The notes: a model not told the origin generated them from the sequence alone. A stretch of DNA of 64,000 bases from Cytophagales bacterium (GCA_045568775.1 JBJLAJ010000001.1:1596-65595); one strand, 5' to 3'. Positions 39,974 through 50,125 are shown, counted from the first letter of the stretch. Program-made: numbers and translations.

Positions 39974-42194
39974 AATAAAGATTAACTCTAACCCTTTAAG
40001 ATCATTTTGCTATTACAACAGCAACGGCAAACGAATAAAAGTATATAATGGCAAGCAGTTTAATGAAGATCTATATCCAAACAAAGAAAAAGATCTTATT
40101 AAAAGAACAGCTCTACTAAAAAGACTGAAAAACATAATTGACTTCAATTTAGGAATATCAAAATCAAATAAAAATCAAAGAAGAAGAAGGTCAGATAACC
40201 TGTATGACCAGAGTGTTTTTAAGGAAAGAATAGCAATAGAGCTTTATGAACATCCAAAATTTGGCTCCAACGCAGCGGCTAACGAAATAGCGAATTTGAT
40301 TAAAGAAAAACAAAAGAATAATAAGAATTGTGTATTAGGTTTAGCTACAGGATCCTCTCCTATTTCAATTTATGAAGAACTTGTCAGAATGCACAAAGAA
40401 GAAAACTTAAGCTTCCATAATGTGATTACATTCAACTTAGATGAATATCTCCCAATGGATCCAAACTCCATACATAGCTACCATAAATTTATGTTTGAAA
40501 ACCTTTTTGATCACATAGACATAGACCCGAATAATATTAATATTCCAAACGGAAATATTGATTCAGATAAAACTGAAAAACATTGTGTCGAATTTGAAAA
40601 TAAAATTAAAAAGGAAGGGGGTTTAGACTTTCAACTTCTTGGAATTGGCAGAAATGGACACATAGGCTTTAATGAACCCGGATCCATTGAATCCTCAGTA
40701 ACCAGAAAAGTTAAAATAGAGATAACTACAAGATTTGATGCCGCAAGTGAATTTGGAGGAATAAATAATGTCCCTAAGGATGCTATTTCTATGGGTATAA
40801 GAACCATAATGAGCGCAAAAAGAGTAGTGCTGGTAGCTTGGGGTGATGGTAAAGCTAAAGTTGTAAAAAAAGCAGTAGAAGAAGAGGAAAACGAATTGGT
40901 GCCGGCTTCATTCTTACAAACACATCCTAATTGTCTCTTTGTTTTAGATAAAGAATCATCATCACAACTTAACAGGATGAACTGTCCATGGGTTTTTACA
41001 GATATCACAAAAAAACCATCATCTATACTTAGTTCTACTATTATTGGATGGACAGATTTTAATATCAAAAAAGCAGTTATATGGTTAAGTATCAAAAAAA
41101 ACAAATCCATATTACAATTAACAGACGAGGACTATCAGGAAAATGGAATGGGAGGGATTTTTGAAAAATATGTGTCAGCATATGAGACAAACATTAAAGT
41201 TTTCAACATGATTCAAAACACAATCACGGGCTGGCCTGGGGGGAAACCTAACGCCGATGACGCAGGAAGACCAGAAAGAGCAAAACCTTCAAAAAAAAGA
41301 GTTTTAATTTTTTCTCCTCACCCAGATGATGACGTAATATCTATGGGAGGAACCTTTGAAAGATTAATTAAACAAGGGCATGAAGTTCATGTGGCGTATA
41401 ACACATCAGGAAACATAGCAGTAAATGACAATAATGTATTAGAAATAACTGAGCTTATACAGAGACTGGTTACTAGCTTACCCCCTAAAGAACTAAATAC
41501 ACTAATGAGCGATGGAAAAAATAAATTGGGAAAAAACCATATTATATGGGCAAGAAACTTCCATAAAAGCATATCTGGCCTATTAATGGAAAAGATTGAT
41601 GTTGATGGTTTTAAAATCGTAAATCAAGTTAAAGGTATAATTAGAAAATCTGAAGCGTATCAAGCGTGTCAATATCTTGGTTTAAAAAATGAAGAGAACA
41701 TACACTATTTAGATATGCCATTTTATCAAACAGGAACCATTAAAAAGAAAGATATATCAGATGAAGATATAAAGATTGTTCAGAATTTAATTACAAAAAT
41801 AAAACCACATCAAATATATGCAGCAGGAGATTTAAGTGATCCTCACGGAACACATAGACTTTGTTTAAGATCAATATATAGAGCAATAGACAATTTAAAA
41901 TCAAAATTATTTATGAAAGACTGTTATGTGTGGTTATACCGGGGAGCTTGGAATGAATGGAAAGTGTATGATATTGATATGTCGGTACCACTTAGCCCTG
42001 AGCAAGTAATAAAAAAACGAAGAGCTATATTTAAGCATCAATCACAGAAAGATGGAATAGTGTTCCCTGGGGAAGATGTAAGGGAATTTTGGCAAAGAGC
42101 AGAAGACAGAAATAAGAATACAGCAGAATTTTTTTCTAAACTAGGGTTTGCAAAATACAGTGCAATGGAAGGATTTAAAAGGTATAGATTTTAA
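39963..42194 (+). CDS. nagB: Glucosamine-6-phosphate deaminase fused to PIG-L domain, with extra N-terminal domain
   Basis: GLATGSSP, FNLDEY, GIGRNGHIGFNEPG; SPHPDDD, DPHGTH; ~80 extra N-terminal residues. Confidence 0.93.
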   Translation: MGHKIKINSNPLRSFCYYNSNGKRIKVYNGKQFNEDLYPNKEKDLIKRTALLKRLKNIIDFNLGISKSNKNQRRRRSDNLYDQSVFKERIAIELYEHPKFGSNAAANEIANLIKEKQKNNKNCVLGLATGSSPISIYEELVRMHKEENLSFHNVITFNLDEYLPMDPNSIHSYHKFMFENLFDHIDIDPNNINIPNGNIDSDKTEKHCVEFENKIKKEGGLDFQLLGIGRNGHIGFNEPGSIESSVTRKVKIEITTRFDAASEFGGINNVPKDAISMGIRTIMSAKRVVLVAWGDGKAKVVKKAVEEEENELVPASFLQTHPNCLFVLDKESSSQLNRMNCPWVFTDITKKPSSILSSTIIGWTDFNIKKAVIWLSIKKNKSILQLTDEDYQENGMGGIFEKYVSAYETNIKVFNMIQNTITGWPGGKPNADDAGRPERAKPSKKRVLIFSPHPDDDVISMGGTFERLIKQGHEVHVAYNTSGNIAVNDNNVLEITELIQRLVTSLPPKELNTLMSDGKNKLGKNHIIWARNFHKSISGLLMEKIDVDGFKIVNQVKGIIRKSEAYQACQYLGLKNEENIHYLDMPFYQTGTIKKKDISDEDIKIVQNLITKIKPHQIYAAGDLSDPHGTHRLCLRSIYRAIDNLKSKLFMKDCYVWLYRGAWNEWKVYDIDMSVPLSPEQVIKKRRAIFKHQSQKDGIVFPGEDVREFWQRAEDRNKNTAEFFSKLGFAKYSAMEGFKRYRF

Positions 42195-42211
42195 AAAGTT
42201 TGCAATTATAC

Positions 42212-42246
42212 AAACCCCCACTAAAATGAGTGGGTTTATTTTTTTT
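42212..42246. terminator. Bidirectional terminator between nagB and tRNA-Phe
   Basis: CCCACT-aaaatg-AGTGGG stem flanked by AAAC and TTTATTTTTTTT. Confidence 0.6.
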
Positions 42247-42261
42247 GAGTGGGTTTATTTT

Positions 42262-42337
42262 TGGTGGTGCTGGGTGGACTCGAACCACCGACTCACGGAT
42301 TTTCAGTCCGATGCTCTACCACCTGAGCTACAGCACC
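42262..42337 (-). tRNA. tRNA-Phe (GAA), CCA encoded
   Basis: GGTGCTGTAGCTCAGGTGGTAGAGCATCGGACTGAAAATCCGTGAGTCGGTGGTTCGAGTCCACCCAGCACCACCA, 76 nt cloverleaf. Confidence 0.97.
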
Positions 42338-42351
42338 TCATGAAATATTTG

Positions 42352-42382
42352 CAAACCTAATTAAATAAACATTTCTCACAAA
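42352..42382 (-). promoter_or_regulatory. tRNA-Phe promoter
   Basis: TTTG-N19-TAGGTTTG on minus strand. Confidence 0.8.
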
Positions 42383-42413
42383 ATTATTATTTTTGAATTT
42401 GAACAATTAAAAA

Positions 42414-43715
42414 ATGAACCCTATCCAGCAGTTTTTATTTATTTTTTTACTAATATTTTTTGGTTATATACTATTAAGGCGAATAACCATAATAAAAAGA
42501 AATATTTTATTAGGCGAAAAAAAATATAAGACTTCTGCCAAGAAAAAAACAAGATTAAAAAATTTAATATTAATTGCATTCGGTCAGTCAAAGATGTTTA
42601 AAAAAATATTACCAGCTGTTCTCCACCTAATGATCTACTCTGGGTTTATTATAATAAATATTGAGATAATAGAAATAATACTTGATGGGATTTTGGGCAC
42701 TCACAGAATATTTAATGTTTTGGGAATGCCATATTATAATGTTTTTATATCAGTTATTGAGTTTTTTGTTGTTTTAGTATTAATATCATGTGTTATATTC
42801 TTATTCAGAAGAAATTTTATGAAAATCGATAGGCTCAGAAGTCCTGAATTAAAAGGATGGCCTATTGTAGATGCTAACTTGATTCTGGTATTCGAAATAA
42901 TTTTAATGCTAGCAATTTTGACAATGAATGCATCAGATCTTATCCTTCAAGATCTAGACAGATATAATTCTACAGGCAATTTTTATTTTTCTGGGTTTTT
43001 AAAGCCTCTTTTTATAAATTTTTCAGAAATGAGTTTAGTTATTTTAGAAAGAACATTTTGGTGGGTTCATATAATTGGCATACTTCTTTTTGCTGTTTAT
43101 GTTACTTACTCCAAACACCTTCATATCTTTCTTGCTTTTCCTAATATTTATCATTCAGATGATCAAGAAAAAGGGAAAATGAATAATATGAAATCAATAA
43201 CAAATGAGATTGAAATGATGATGGGCCTCTCATCAGAAAATGTAGAAGAACCACCTAAGAGGTTCGGCGCAAAAGATATAACGGATTTATCCTGGAAAAA
43301 TATTTTAGAAGCTTACTCTTGTTCTGAATGCGGAAGATGTACTTCTGTGTGTCCCGCAAATATTACTGGCAAAAAACTATCGCCAAGAAAAATAATGATG
43401 GACGTAAGAGATCGATCTGAAGAAATTGGGAAAATGAAAGATAAGGGTCTAAATCATAATGATAAAAGTTTACTTGGTGACTATATAAGCACTGAAGAAA
43501 TATTTGCATGCACATCTTGTAATGCCTGTGTTGAAGAGTGCCCTATCAATATAAACCCACTTGACATTATAATAGAATGCAGGAGATATGCAGCATTAGA
43601 AGACTCTAATTTACCACCTGAGTGGAATTCAATGATGCAAAACATTGAAACTAATTTTTCACCATGGAAATTTCCGATTGATGATAGGTCTAATTGGTTT
43701 AAAAAAGACGTATGA
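42414..43715 (+). CDS. Membrane Fe-S oxidoreductase (FadF/HdrD-like N-terminal half)
   Basis: TM helices, YSKHLH, CSECGRCTSVCP, CTSCNACVEECP. Confidence 0.9.
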   Translation: MNPIQQFLFIFLLIFFGYILLRRITIIKRNILLGEKKYKTSAKKKTRLKNLILIAFGQSKMFKKILPAVLHLMIYSGFIIINIEIIEIILDGILGTHRIFNVLGMPYYNVFISVIEFFVVLVLISCVIFLFRRNFMKIDRLRSPELKGWPIVDANLILVFEIILMLAILTMNASDLILQDLDRYNSTGNFYFSGFLKPLFINFSEMSLVILERTFWWVHIIGILLFAVYVTYSKHLHIFLAFPNIYHSDDQEKGKMNNMKSITNEIEMMMGLSSENVEEPPKRFGAKDITDLSWKNILEAYSCSECGRCTSVCPANITGKKLSPRKIMMDVRDRSEEIGKMKDKGLNHNDKSLLGDYISTEEIFACTSCNACVEECPININPLDIIIECRRYAALEDSNLPPEWNSMMQNIETNFSPWKFPIDDRSNWFKKDV

Positions 43716-44482
43716 AAGTTAAGACTATAAATGAGTTTATTAATTCAAATCAGAAACCGGAAATCTTATTTTGGGTTGGGTGTGCTGGATCATATGATGA
43801 TAGATATAAAAAAGTCACTAAGTCTTTTGTTTCAATATTAAATCATTTGCGAATCGATTTTGCTGTTCTAGGAGATGAGGAAGGGTGTACAGGTGACCCT
43901 GCAAGAAGAGCCGGAAACGAATATTTATTCCAAATGCAAGCACTTAATAATATAACTAATCTAAATAAATACAACATAGAGAAAATTGTAACAATGTGCC
44001 CACATTGTTTTAACACATTAAAAAATGAGTACCCAGAGCTCGGGGGCAATTATGATGTAGTTCACCATACTGAGTTTTTAAACGAACTATTAGAAGAAGG
44101 GAGGCTAATATCTGAAAAAACAAATATCAAAATCACCTACCATGACTCGTGTTATTTAGGAAGGGGTAATAAAATTTATGAGGCACCAAGGAACCTTATC
44201 AACTCTCTTTCCGAAAACCTTCATGAGATGAAAAGAAAAAAAGAGAATGGATTATGTTGTGGTGCTGGAGGCTCTCAAATTTTTAAGGAATCAGAATCCG
44301 GTAACGTTGAAATAAATTTAGAAAGGATTAATGACATTCAAGAGGTTAATCCTGATACTGTGGCTGTTGCCTGCCCTTTTTGTATGACCATGATAAATGA
44401 TGGGGTAAAAGAAAAGAATCTAGATAAAAAAATTAACGTTAAAGATATATCTGAGATAATAGAAGAAAACTTAAAAAATTAA
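43712..44482 (+). CDS. CCG-domain Fe-S protein (FadF C-terminal half)
   Basis: WVGCAG, CPHC, YHDSCYLGR, CCGAGG, ACPFC. Confidence 0.9.
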   Translation: MKVKTINEFINSNQKPEILFWVGCAGSYDDRYKKVTKSFVSILNHLRIDFAVLGDEEGCTGDPARRAGNEYLFQMQALNNITNLNKYNIEKIVTMCPHCFNTLKNEYPELGGNYDVVHHTEFLNELLEEGRLISEKTNIKITYHDSCYLGRGNKIYEAPRNLINSLSENLHEMKRKKENGLCCGAGGSQIFKESESGNVEINLERINDIQEVNPDTVAVACPFCMTMINDGVKEKNLDKKINVKDISEIIEENLKN

Positions 44483-44483
44483 A

Positions 44484-44957
44484 ATGTACATTTCTTTTGA
44501 TAAACTAACTAAAAAGGCAAGGTGTTGGGTCTATATAACTGAAAAACCTATGCTAACAAATAAGTCTTTAGTGAAAGATCATCTAAAAGATTTATGTGAT
44601 CAATGGTCCTCACACGGAAAAAATATAAATTCCTCATTTCAACTATATAAAGAAAACTTTATAATACTTTTTGCTGATGAAGAAATTAGTGGGTGCTCAA
44701 TTGATAGTTCAAATAAATTATTAAGAGAAAGTTTAAATCTACTTAAAATTGACATAAAGCATAATTCCAAAATAGGTATCTTTATTGGAGATAAACTTGA
44801 ATTTAAAGAGAGATCAACTTTAATTAAATTAATTAGAGATAAAGAGTTAAATCTGAAAAACAAAATGGTTAACACAACAGTAAAAAATAAAGAAGAGTAC
44901 GATAAAAATTGGATTTTAGATATAAATAAATCTTGGTTAGTTAATTTTATCAAATGA
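44484..44957 (+). CDS. Conserved Bacteroidota hypothetical protein
   Basis: WSSHG and SGCSID motifs; usual neighbour of the Fe-S pair. Confidence 0.75.
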   Translation: MYISFDKLTKKARCWVYITEKPMLTNKSLVKDHLKDLCDQWSSHGKNINSSFQLYKENFIILFADEEISGCSIDSSNKLLRESLNLLKIDIKHNSKIGIFIGDKLEFKERSTLIKLIRDKELNLKNKMVNTTVKNKEEYDKNWILDINKSWLVNFIK

Positions 44958-46921
44958 TAAGAGCTAAAAATATATTTTTTGTGTTAGTTATTTTGAGTTT
45001 TACCTCTTGTATAACCTCAAAAACTGCTGTAAAAGATTTTAATAATGCAGAATATTATGATGCATCATTAAAATTTGAAAAGATAATAAAAGAAGGTGAT
45101 GCCCAGAACAGTTATTTGTTGGCAGAGTCATTAAGGAAATCTAACAGATTATGGCAATCAGAAAAATATTATAAAGATGCTATTACATATGGCATTAGAG
45201 ATGAGATGGCATATTATTATTTGACTTTATCGTTAAAGGCAAATAGTAATTACGATGCTGCTGACTCATTAATTTTACATTATTTATCAAAAGGGAAAGA
45301 AGAATCTGTGCTGAGTTTAATGAGAAAAGAATCTATTCATATTAAAAACTTGAGACTCTACCCCGATACAAGTTATTATGAAGTAAAAAACCTTAAGGCA
45401 TTAAACACTAATTATGCTGAATATTCTCCTTCATTCTCAAATGATAAGTTGTTTTTTGTTTCTAACAGACAATCTGAAAAAATATATAGCGGAACAGGAA
45501 CCCCATTTACTGATCTTTATGAAATAAAAACTAAAGGCGCTAATGTTGATATAAACTCATTAAAAAAATTAGGAGAAAATATTAATAATGAGAAAGTGAA
45601 TGAGGGATCAATTACTTTTTCTGGAGACGGGATGTATATGATTTTTGCAAAAGGCAATGACGGAAAAAGTAGTGGAAGAAATAATGTTGACTTATATTAT
45701 GCTAGATATAGAAGAAGCGGATGGACTAATCCAAGACTGTTAAATGTTAATACCACAAGAAGCTGGGACTCAACTCCATTCTTAAGTAAAGATGGGAAAA
45801 CACTTTATTTTGCATCAAATAGATCAAAAGGGTATGGTGGAACAGACATTTATAAGGCTAATGTGAACAGAAGAGGAAGATGGATTAATATTCAAAACCT
45901 AGGCCCAGAAATAAACACTCCTGGAAATGAATTGTTTCCATCAGTAACTGAAGATGGCAGACTGTATTTTTCTTCTGATAATCATGAGGGTTTTGGGGGT
46001 CTTGATATTTTTGTGGCATCTAGAAAAGCAGGTAAAATAACAATAACAAATCCTGGAAAACCTCTTAACTCACGCGGAGATGATTTTGGAATAAACCCAT
46101 ACAACGCAACAAGAGGGTTTTTTACTTCAAATAGAGATGGTGGTTCCGGAGACGACGACATATATACATTCGTTAACAACGACCCTAATCTAAAAATTGT
46201 AAACTATATATTAAAAGGGACTACATTAACACCTAAAAATGAAAATAAAGAATTAAATGTTTTGGGAAACAGTAGTGTGAAATTGTTAGATAAAGATGAA
46301 AATATCATACAAGAAACATTTACAGACGATAAGGGAAAGTTTGAGTTCACAGTATACTCTGATGAAGATTATATATTAATAGGAGAAAAAGAAAATTATT
46401 TTAGTACAAGAGGTGCCTTTACAACAATTGGAAAAGGAGTAGATAGGTCTAAATTAAAAGAATTTATTACTAATGTTGAGTTTGAAAAAAACTTAGTTCT
46501 AGACAAAATTGTTGTAAACAAATCAATTGTTTTAGACAATATTTACTATGATCTAAACAAGGCAGATATAAGGGAGGACGCAGCTATTGAACTAGATAAG
46601 CTTGTTGTTATTTTAAATGACAACCCAAATATAACTGTTGAATTAAGTTCACATACTGATGACAGGTCGACTGTTGATTACAATCAAGATCTTTCTCAGA
46701 GAAGAGCTGAGTCCGCTGTCTCATATATTGTTAGCAGAGGGGTCAGCGAGAAAAGAATTACCGCAAAGGGTTATGGTGAATCTCAACTTATAATTCCTAA
46801 TGCTAAGACTGAAGACGAACATCAGATAAACAGGAGAACTGAATTTAAGGTTACAAGTTACGAGTTTATCGAAGACCCAGAAAATGGAGATGTTGAAGAA
46901 AAGTTTTTTAATAACAATTAG
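44954..46921 (+). CDS. OmpA-family lipoprotein (PorE-like: TPR, PD40, OmpA_C)
   Basis: Lipobox FTSC, LYFASNR..GYGGTDIY, SSHTD, NQDLSQRRAES, NRRTEF. Confidence 0.9.
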   Translation: MIRAKNIFFVLVILSFTSCITSKTAVKDFNNAEYYDASLKFEKIIKEGDAQNSYLLAESLRKSNRLWQSEKYYKDAITYGIRDEMAYYYLTLSLKANSNYDAADSLILHYLSKGKEESVLSLMRKESIHIKNLRLYPDTSYYEVKNLKALNTNYAEYSPSFSNDKLFFVSNRQSEKIYSGTGTPFTDLYEIKTKGANVDINSLKKLGENINNEKVNEGSITFSGDGMYMIFAKGNDGKSSGRNNVDLYYARYRRSGWTNPRLLNVNTTRSWDSTPFLSKDGKTLYFASNRSKGYGGTDIYKANVNRRGRWINIQNLGPEINTPGNELFPSVTEDGRLYFSSDNHEGFGGLDIFVASRKAGKITITNPGKPLNSRGDDFGINPYNATRGFFTSNRDGGSGDDDIYTFVNNDPNLKIVNYILKGTTLTPKNENKELNVLGNSSVKLLDKDENIIQETFTDDKGKFEFTVYSDEDYILIGEKENYFSTRGAFTTIGKGVDRSKLKEFITNVEFEKNLVLDKIVVNKSIVLDNIYYDLNKADIREDAAIELDKLVVILNDNPNITVELSSHTDDRSTVDYNQDLSQRRAESAVSYIVSRGVSEKRITAKGYGESQLIIPNAKTEDEHQINRRTEFKVTSYEFIEDPENGDVEEKFFNNN

Positions 46922-46927
46922 AATTAA

Positions 46928-48085
46928 ATGTCTAGAAGATATTTAGATAGAGGTGTATCTTCAAAAAAAGAAGATGTACACAATGCAATAAAAAATCAAG
47001 ACAAAGGACTTTTCAAGAATACCTTTTGCAAGGTAACTCCTGATATCATATCTGGAAACCCTGAATATTCAAATATAATGCACGCAGATGGCGCTGGAAC
47101 TAAATCAGCATTAGCTTATTTATATTGGAAAGAAACAGGTGATATAAGTGTGTGGAGAGGGATAGCACAAGATGCATTAATCATGAACATAGATGACCTT
47201 TTGTGTGTTGGTGTAACAAATAATATTGTTATGTCATCTACTATAGGGAGGAATAAACATTTAATTCCTGGAGAGGTGATTTCTGAAATAATTGATGGAA
47301 ACATTGAAACTATAGATGTTTTAAATGATTATGGTATAAATATTATATCTTCAGGAGGAGAGACGGCAGATGTTGGGGATATAACAAAAACAATATTAGT
47401 AGATAGTACGGTATTTGCAAGAGAAAAAAGAAACAAAATAATAGAATGTAATATTGAGGATGGAGATGTTATTGTAGGATTATGCTCTTATGGAAAAGCA
47501 GAATACGAAACGGAATATAATAGTGGAATAGGAAGTAATGGTTTAACTTCAGCAAGACATGATATCCTTGACAAGATATATGCAAAAAAATACCCTGAAA
47601 CGTATTCTAATGAGACTAAAAATGATTTAATTTATTGCGGAAAAAATTTGTTGACAGATAAATGTAAAACAGATAAAAATATAGGAAAATTATTGCTATC
47701 TCCTACTAGGACCTACTCTCCTATAATAAAAAAAGTAATTGGGAACTACTTTAATAAAATATCAGGAATTATTCATTGTACTGGTGGTGGACAAACAAAA
47801 ATTCTACATTTTGTTAATAATAAAAGGATAATAAAAAATGAGCTATTTCAAATACCTGAGGTATTTGAAATTATTCATAAAGACACCGACAGCTCACTTA
47901 AAGAAATGTATGAGGTGTTTAACATGGGACACCGGATGGAAATTTATTGTTCTCAAACAATTGCAAATGATATTATAGATATTTCAAAAGAATTTAATGT
48001 AGAAGCAAAAGTTATCGGTTTTGTTGAAAATTCTTCAAAAAATGAATTAATAATCGAATCCAAAGAGGGTAATATTGAATATTAA
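46928..48085 (+). CDS. purM: AIR synthase (Bacteroidota-type PurM)
   Basis: MHADGAGTKS, GGETADVGD, GSNGLTSARHD, HCTGGGQTK, FNMGHR. Confidence 0.92.
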   Translation: MSRRYLDRGVSSKKEDVHNAIKNQDKGLFKNTFCKVTPDIISGNPEYSNIMHADGAGTKSALAYLYWKETGDISVWRGIAQDALIMNIDDLLCVGVTNNIVMSSTIGRNKHLIPGEVISEIIDGNIETIDVLNDYGINIISSGGETADVGDITKTILVDSTVFAREKRNKIIECNIEDGDVIVGLCSYGKAEYETEYNSGIGSNGLTSARHDILDKIYAKKYPETYSNETKNDLIYCGKNLLTDKCKTDKNIGKLLLSPTRTYSPIIKKVIGNYFNKISGIIHCTGGGQTKILHFVNNKRIIKNELFQIPEVFEIIHKDTDSSLKEMYEVFNMGHRMEIYCSQTIANDIIDISKEFNVEAKVIGFVENSSKNELIIESKEGNIEY

Positions 48086-48113
48086 ACGTGTAACCGCTTA
48101 AGCAAATATATCT

Positions 48114-49814
48114 GTGAAAAACAATTGGAACAAAACAGAATTAACTCAAAAATTAAAAAAAATTGCAGGGAGCAGGTATATACTCACGGCTGAATGGAGT
48201 AAACAACCTTACTCTAAGGGGTGGCGATTTGGATCAGGAGAAGCATTTGCTGTAGCTAAACCGGGAAATTTACTTGAAATTTGGAAGATTTTAGAGGTCT
48301 GTATTAAAAATGATATAATTGTTATAATGCAAGCCGCAAACACAGGTCTAACCGGTGGCTCCACTCCTGATGGTAATGATTATGATCGCCTAATTGTAAT
48401 AATAAATACTATGCGAATTGACAATATTCAACCCATAAATGAAGGCAAACAAATTATTGGCTTTTCAGGAAGCACTTTATTTGGACTAGAAAATAAATTA
48501 GCTAAATATGGAAGAGAGCCCCATTCAGTAATAGGATCTTCTTGTATCGGTGCGTCAATTGTTGGAGGTATATGTAATAACTCAGGGGGTGCACTAGTAA
48601 AAAGAGGTCCTGCATATACAGAATTATCACTTTATGCTCAAGTAAATTCAAAGGGCAAACTGTCATTGGTTAATGAACTTGGAATCGAACTTGGAAATAC
48701 CCCAGAAGAAATTTTAACTAATTTACAGAAACAGAACTATACTAAAAAGGATATCCAACACCCAAAAAAACTAGCCTCAGATAATAAATACCAGGAAAGA
48801 GTAAGAAATATAAATGCAAATACTCCCGCACGATTTAATGCTGATGGAAGACGATTATATGGTGCTTCGGGATGTGCAGGTAAAATTGCTGTTTTTGCAG
48901 TCCGACTAGACACCTACCCCGCACCCCTCCGTAATAAAGTTTTTTATGTAGGAACTAATAATCCCAATGTATTAGGTAAAATTCGAAGAGATATCTTATC
49001 CAAGTTTCAACACCTTCCGACATCTGGAGAATATCTTCATAGAGATTGTTATGACGCAACTAAAAAATATTGCAAAGATACTTTTGTTGTGATTGATAAA
49101 ATGGGACCGAGTTTTATTCCTAAATTGTTTAAACTGAAGCGTAAAGTAGATCTTTTTGCAGATAAACTTAAATTCCTTCCAAATAAATTTTCAGATAAAC
49201 TGATGCAGTTTATTAGCAGCTTTTGGCCTAACCACTTACCTAAAAGAATGGAAGAGTATCGTGAAAAATATGAACACCACTGGATTATTGAAATGTCTGA
49301 CAAGGGAGTTGATGAAGCAAAAAAATATTTTAATGAATTTTTTAACAAACATGAAGGAAGCTTTTTTGAATGCACTAAAAAAGAAGGCGAAAAAGCACTT
49401 CTACATAGATTTGTAGCTGGAGGTGCAGTTGGTCGTATGCATGCAATTCATGAAAAAAAGTATGGAGAAATGATGTCTATGGATATTGCCTTCCCTAGAA
49501 ATGAAAAGGATTGGTTTGAAAAACTATCTCCAGAAATAGACGGTTTATTAGAAACCAAATTATATTATGGGCACTTATTTTGCCATGTTTTACATCAAAA
49601 CTATATAGTTAAAAAAGGTGTCAATGCTAAAAAACTAAAGAAAAAACTATTAAAAACATTTGACAAAAGAGGAGCTGAATATCCAGCAGAACACAATGTT
49701 GGGCATGAATATTTTGCTAAACCATCATTGTCTAGCTTTTACAAAAAATTAGATCCAACTAACGGCTTTAATCCTGGTATAGGACAGACGAGTAAACTTA
49801 AATATTGGAAGTAA
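48114..49814 (+). CDS. dld: Quinone-dependent FAD D-lactate dehydrogenase (E. coli Dld type)
   Basis: MQAANTGLTGGSTP, REPHSVIGSSCIGAS, GASGCAGK, YYGHLFCHVLHQ, AEYPAEHNVGH, FNPGIG. Confidence 0.93.
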   Translation: MKNNWNKTELTQKLKKIAGSRYILTAEWSKQPYSKGWRFGSGEAFAVAKPGNLLEIWKILEVCIKNDIIVIMQAANTGLTGGSTPDGNDYDRLIVIINTMRIDNIQPINEGKQIIGFSGSTLFGLENKLAKYGREPHSVIGSSCIGASIVGGICNNSGGALVKRGPAYTELSLYAQVNSKGKLSLVNELGIELGNTPEEILTNLQKQNYTKKDIQHPKKLASDNKYQERVRNINANTPARFNADGRRLYGASGCAGKIAVFAVRLDTYPAPLRNKVFYVGTNNPNVLGKIRRDILSKFQHLPTSGEYLHRDCYDATKKYCKDTFVVIDKMGPSFIPKLFKLKRKVDLFADKLKFLPNKFSDKLMQFISSFWPNHLPKRMEEYREKYEHHWIIEMSDKGVDEAKKYFNEFFNKHEGSFFECTKKEGEKALLHRFVAGGAVGRMHAIHEKKYGEMMSMDIAFPRNEKDWFEKLSPEIDGLLETKLYYGHLFCHVLHQNYIVKKGVNAKKLKKKLLKTFDKRGAEYPAEHNVGHEYFAKPSLSSFYKKLDPTNGFNPGIGQTSKLKYWK

Positions 49815-49855
49815 ATTCCGTATTTTAGAATGAATATCATATAGTTCGTGAAAAT

Positions 49856-49885
49856 TTTGATAGTATAATTGTTTTCTTATCTTTG
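49856..49885 (+). promoter_or_regulatory. rpsU-xerC promoter
   Basis: TTTG-N18-TATCTTTG. Confidence 0.7.
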
Positions 49886-49905
49886 CCACACAAAAAAATA
49901 ATGAA

Positions 49906-50097
49906 ATGATTAGAGTTTCAATAAAAGAAAACGAAGATATAAATAGGGCTCTTAAAAGGTTTAAAAAAAAATTTGAGAAAGCTCAGGTTATCAAAGACTA
50001 TAGAAGCAATGCTTTCTATACAAAAAAATCAGTTATGCTCAGAGAAGAAAAATTACGAGCTAGCTACGTTCAAAAATTAAAGTCCAAAGAATTATAA
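49906..50097 (+). CDS. rpsU: 30S ribosomal protein bS21
   Basis: KENEDINRALKRFKKKFEK, FYTKKSV. Confidence 0.93.
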   Translation: MIRVSIKENEDINRALKRFKKKFEKAQVIKDYRSNAFYTKKSVMLREEKLRASYVQKLKSKEL

Positions 50098-50125
50098 TTT
50101 CATTATCTTTCATTAAATATTATTA

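Noticed and set aside
42295-42311. U-U mismatch at the top of the tRNA-Phe anticodon stem
   Set aside because: A single 27-43 mismatch is tolerated; the rest of the cloverleaf, CCA and promoter are intact
42148-42360. 70-aa plus-strand ORF
   Set aside because: Antisense to tRNA-Phe and spans the terminator
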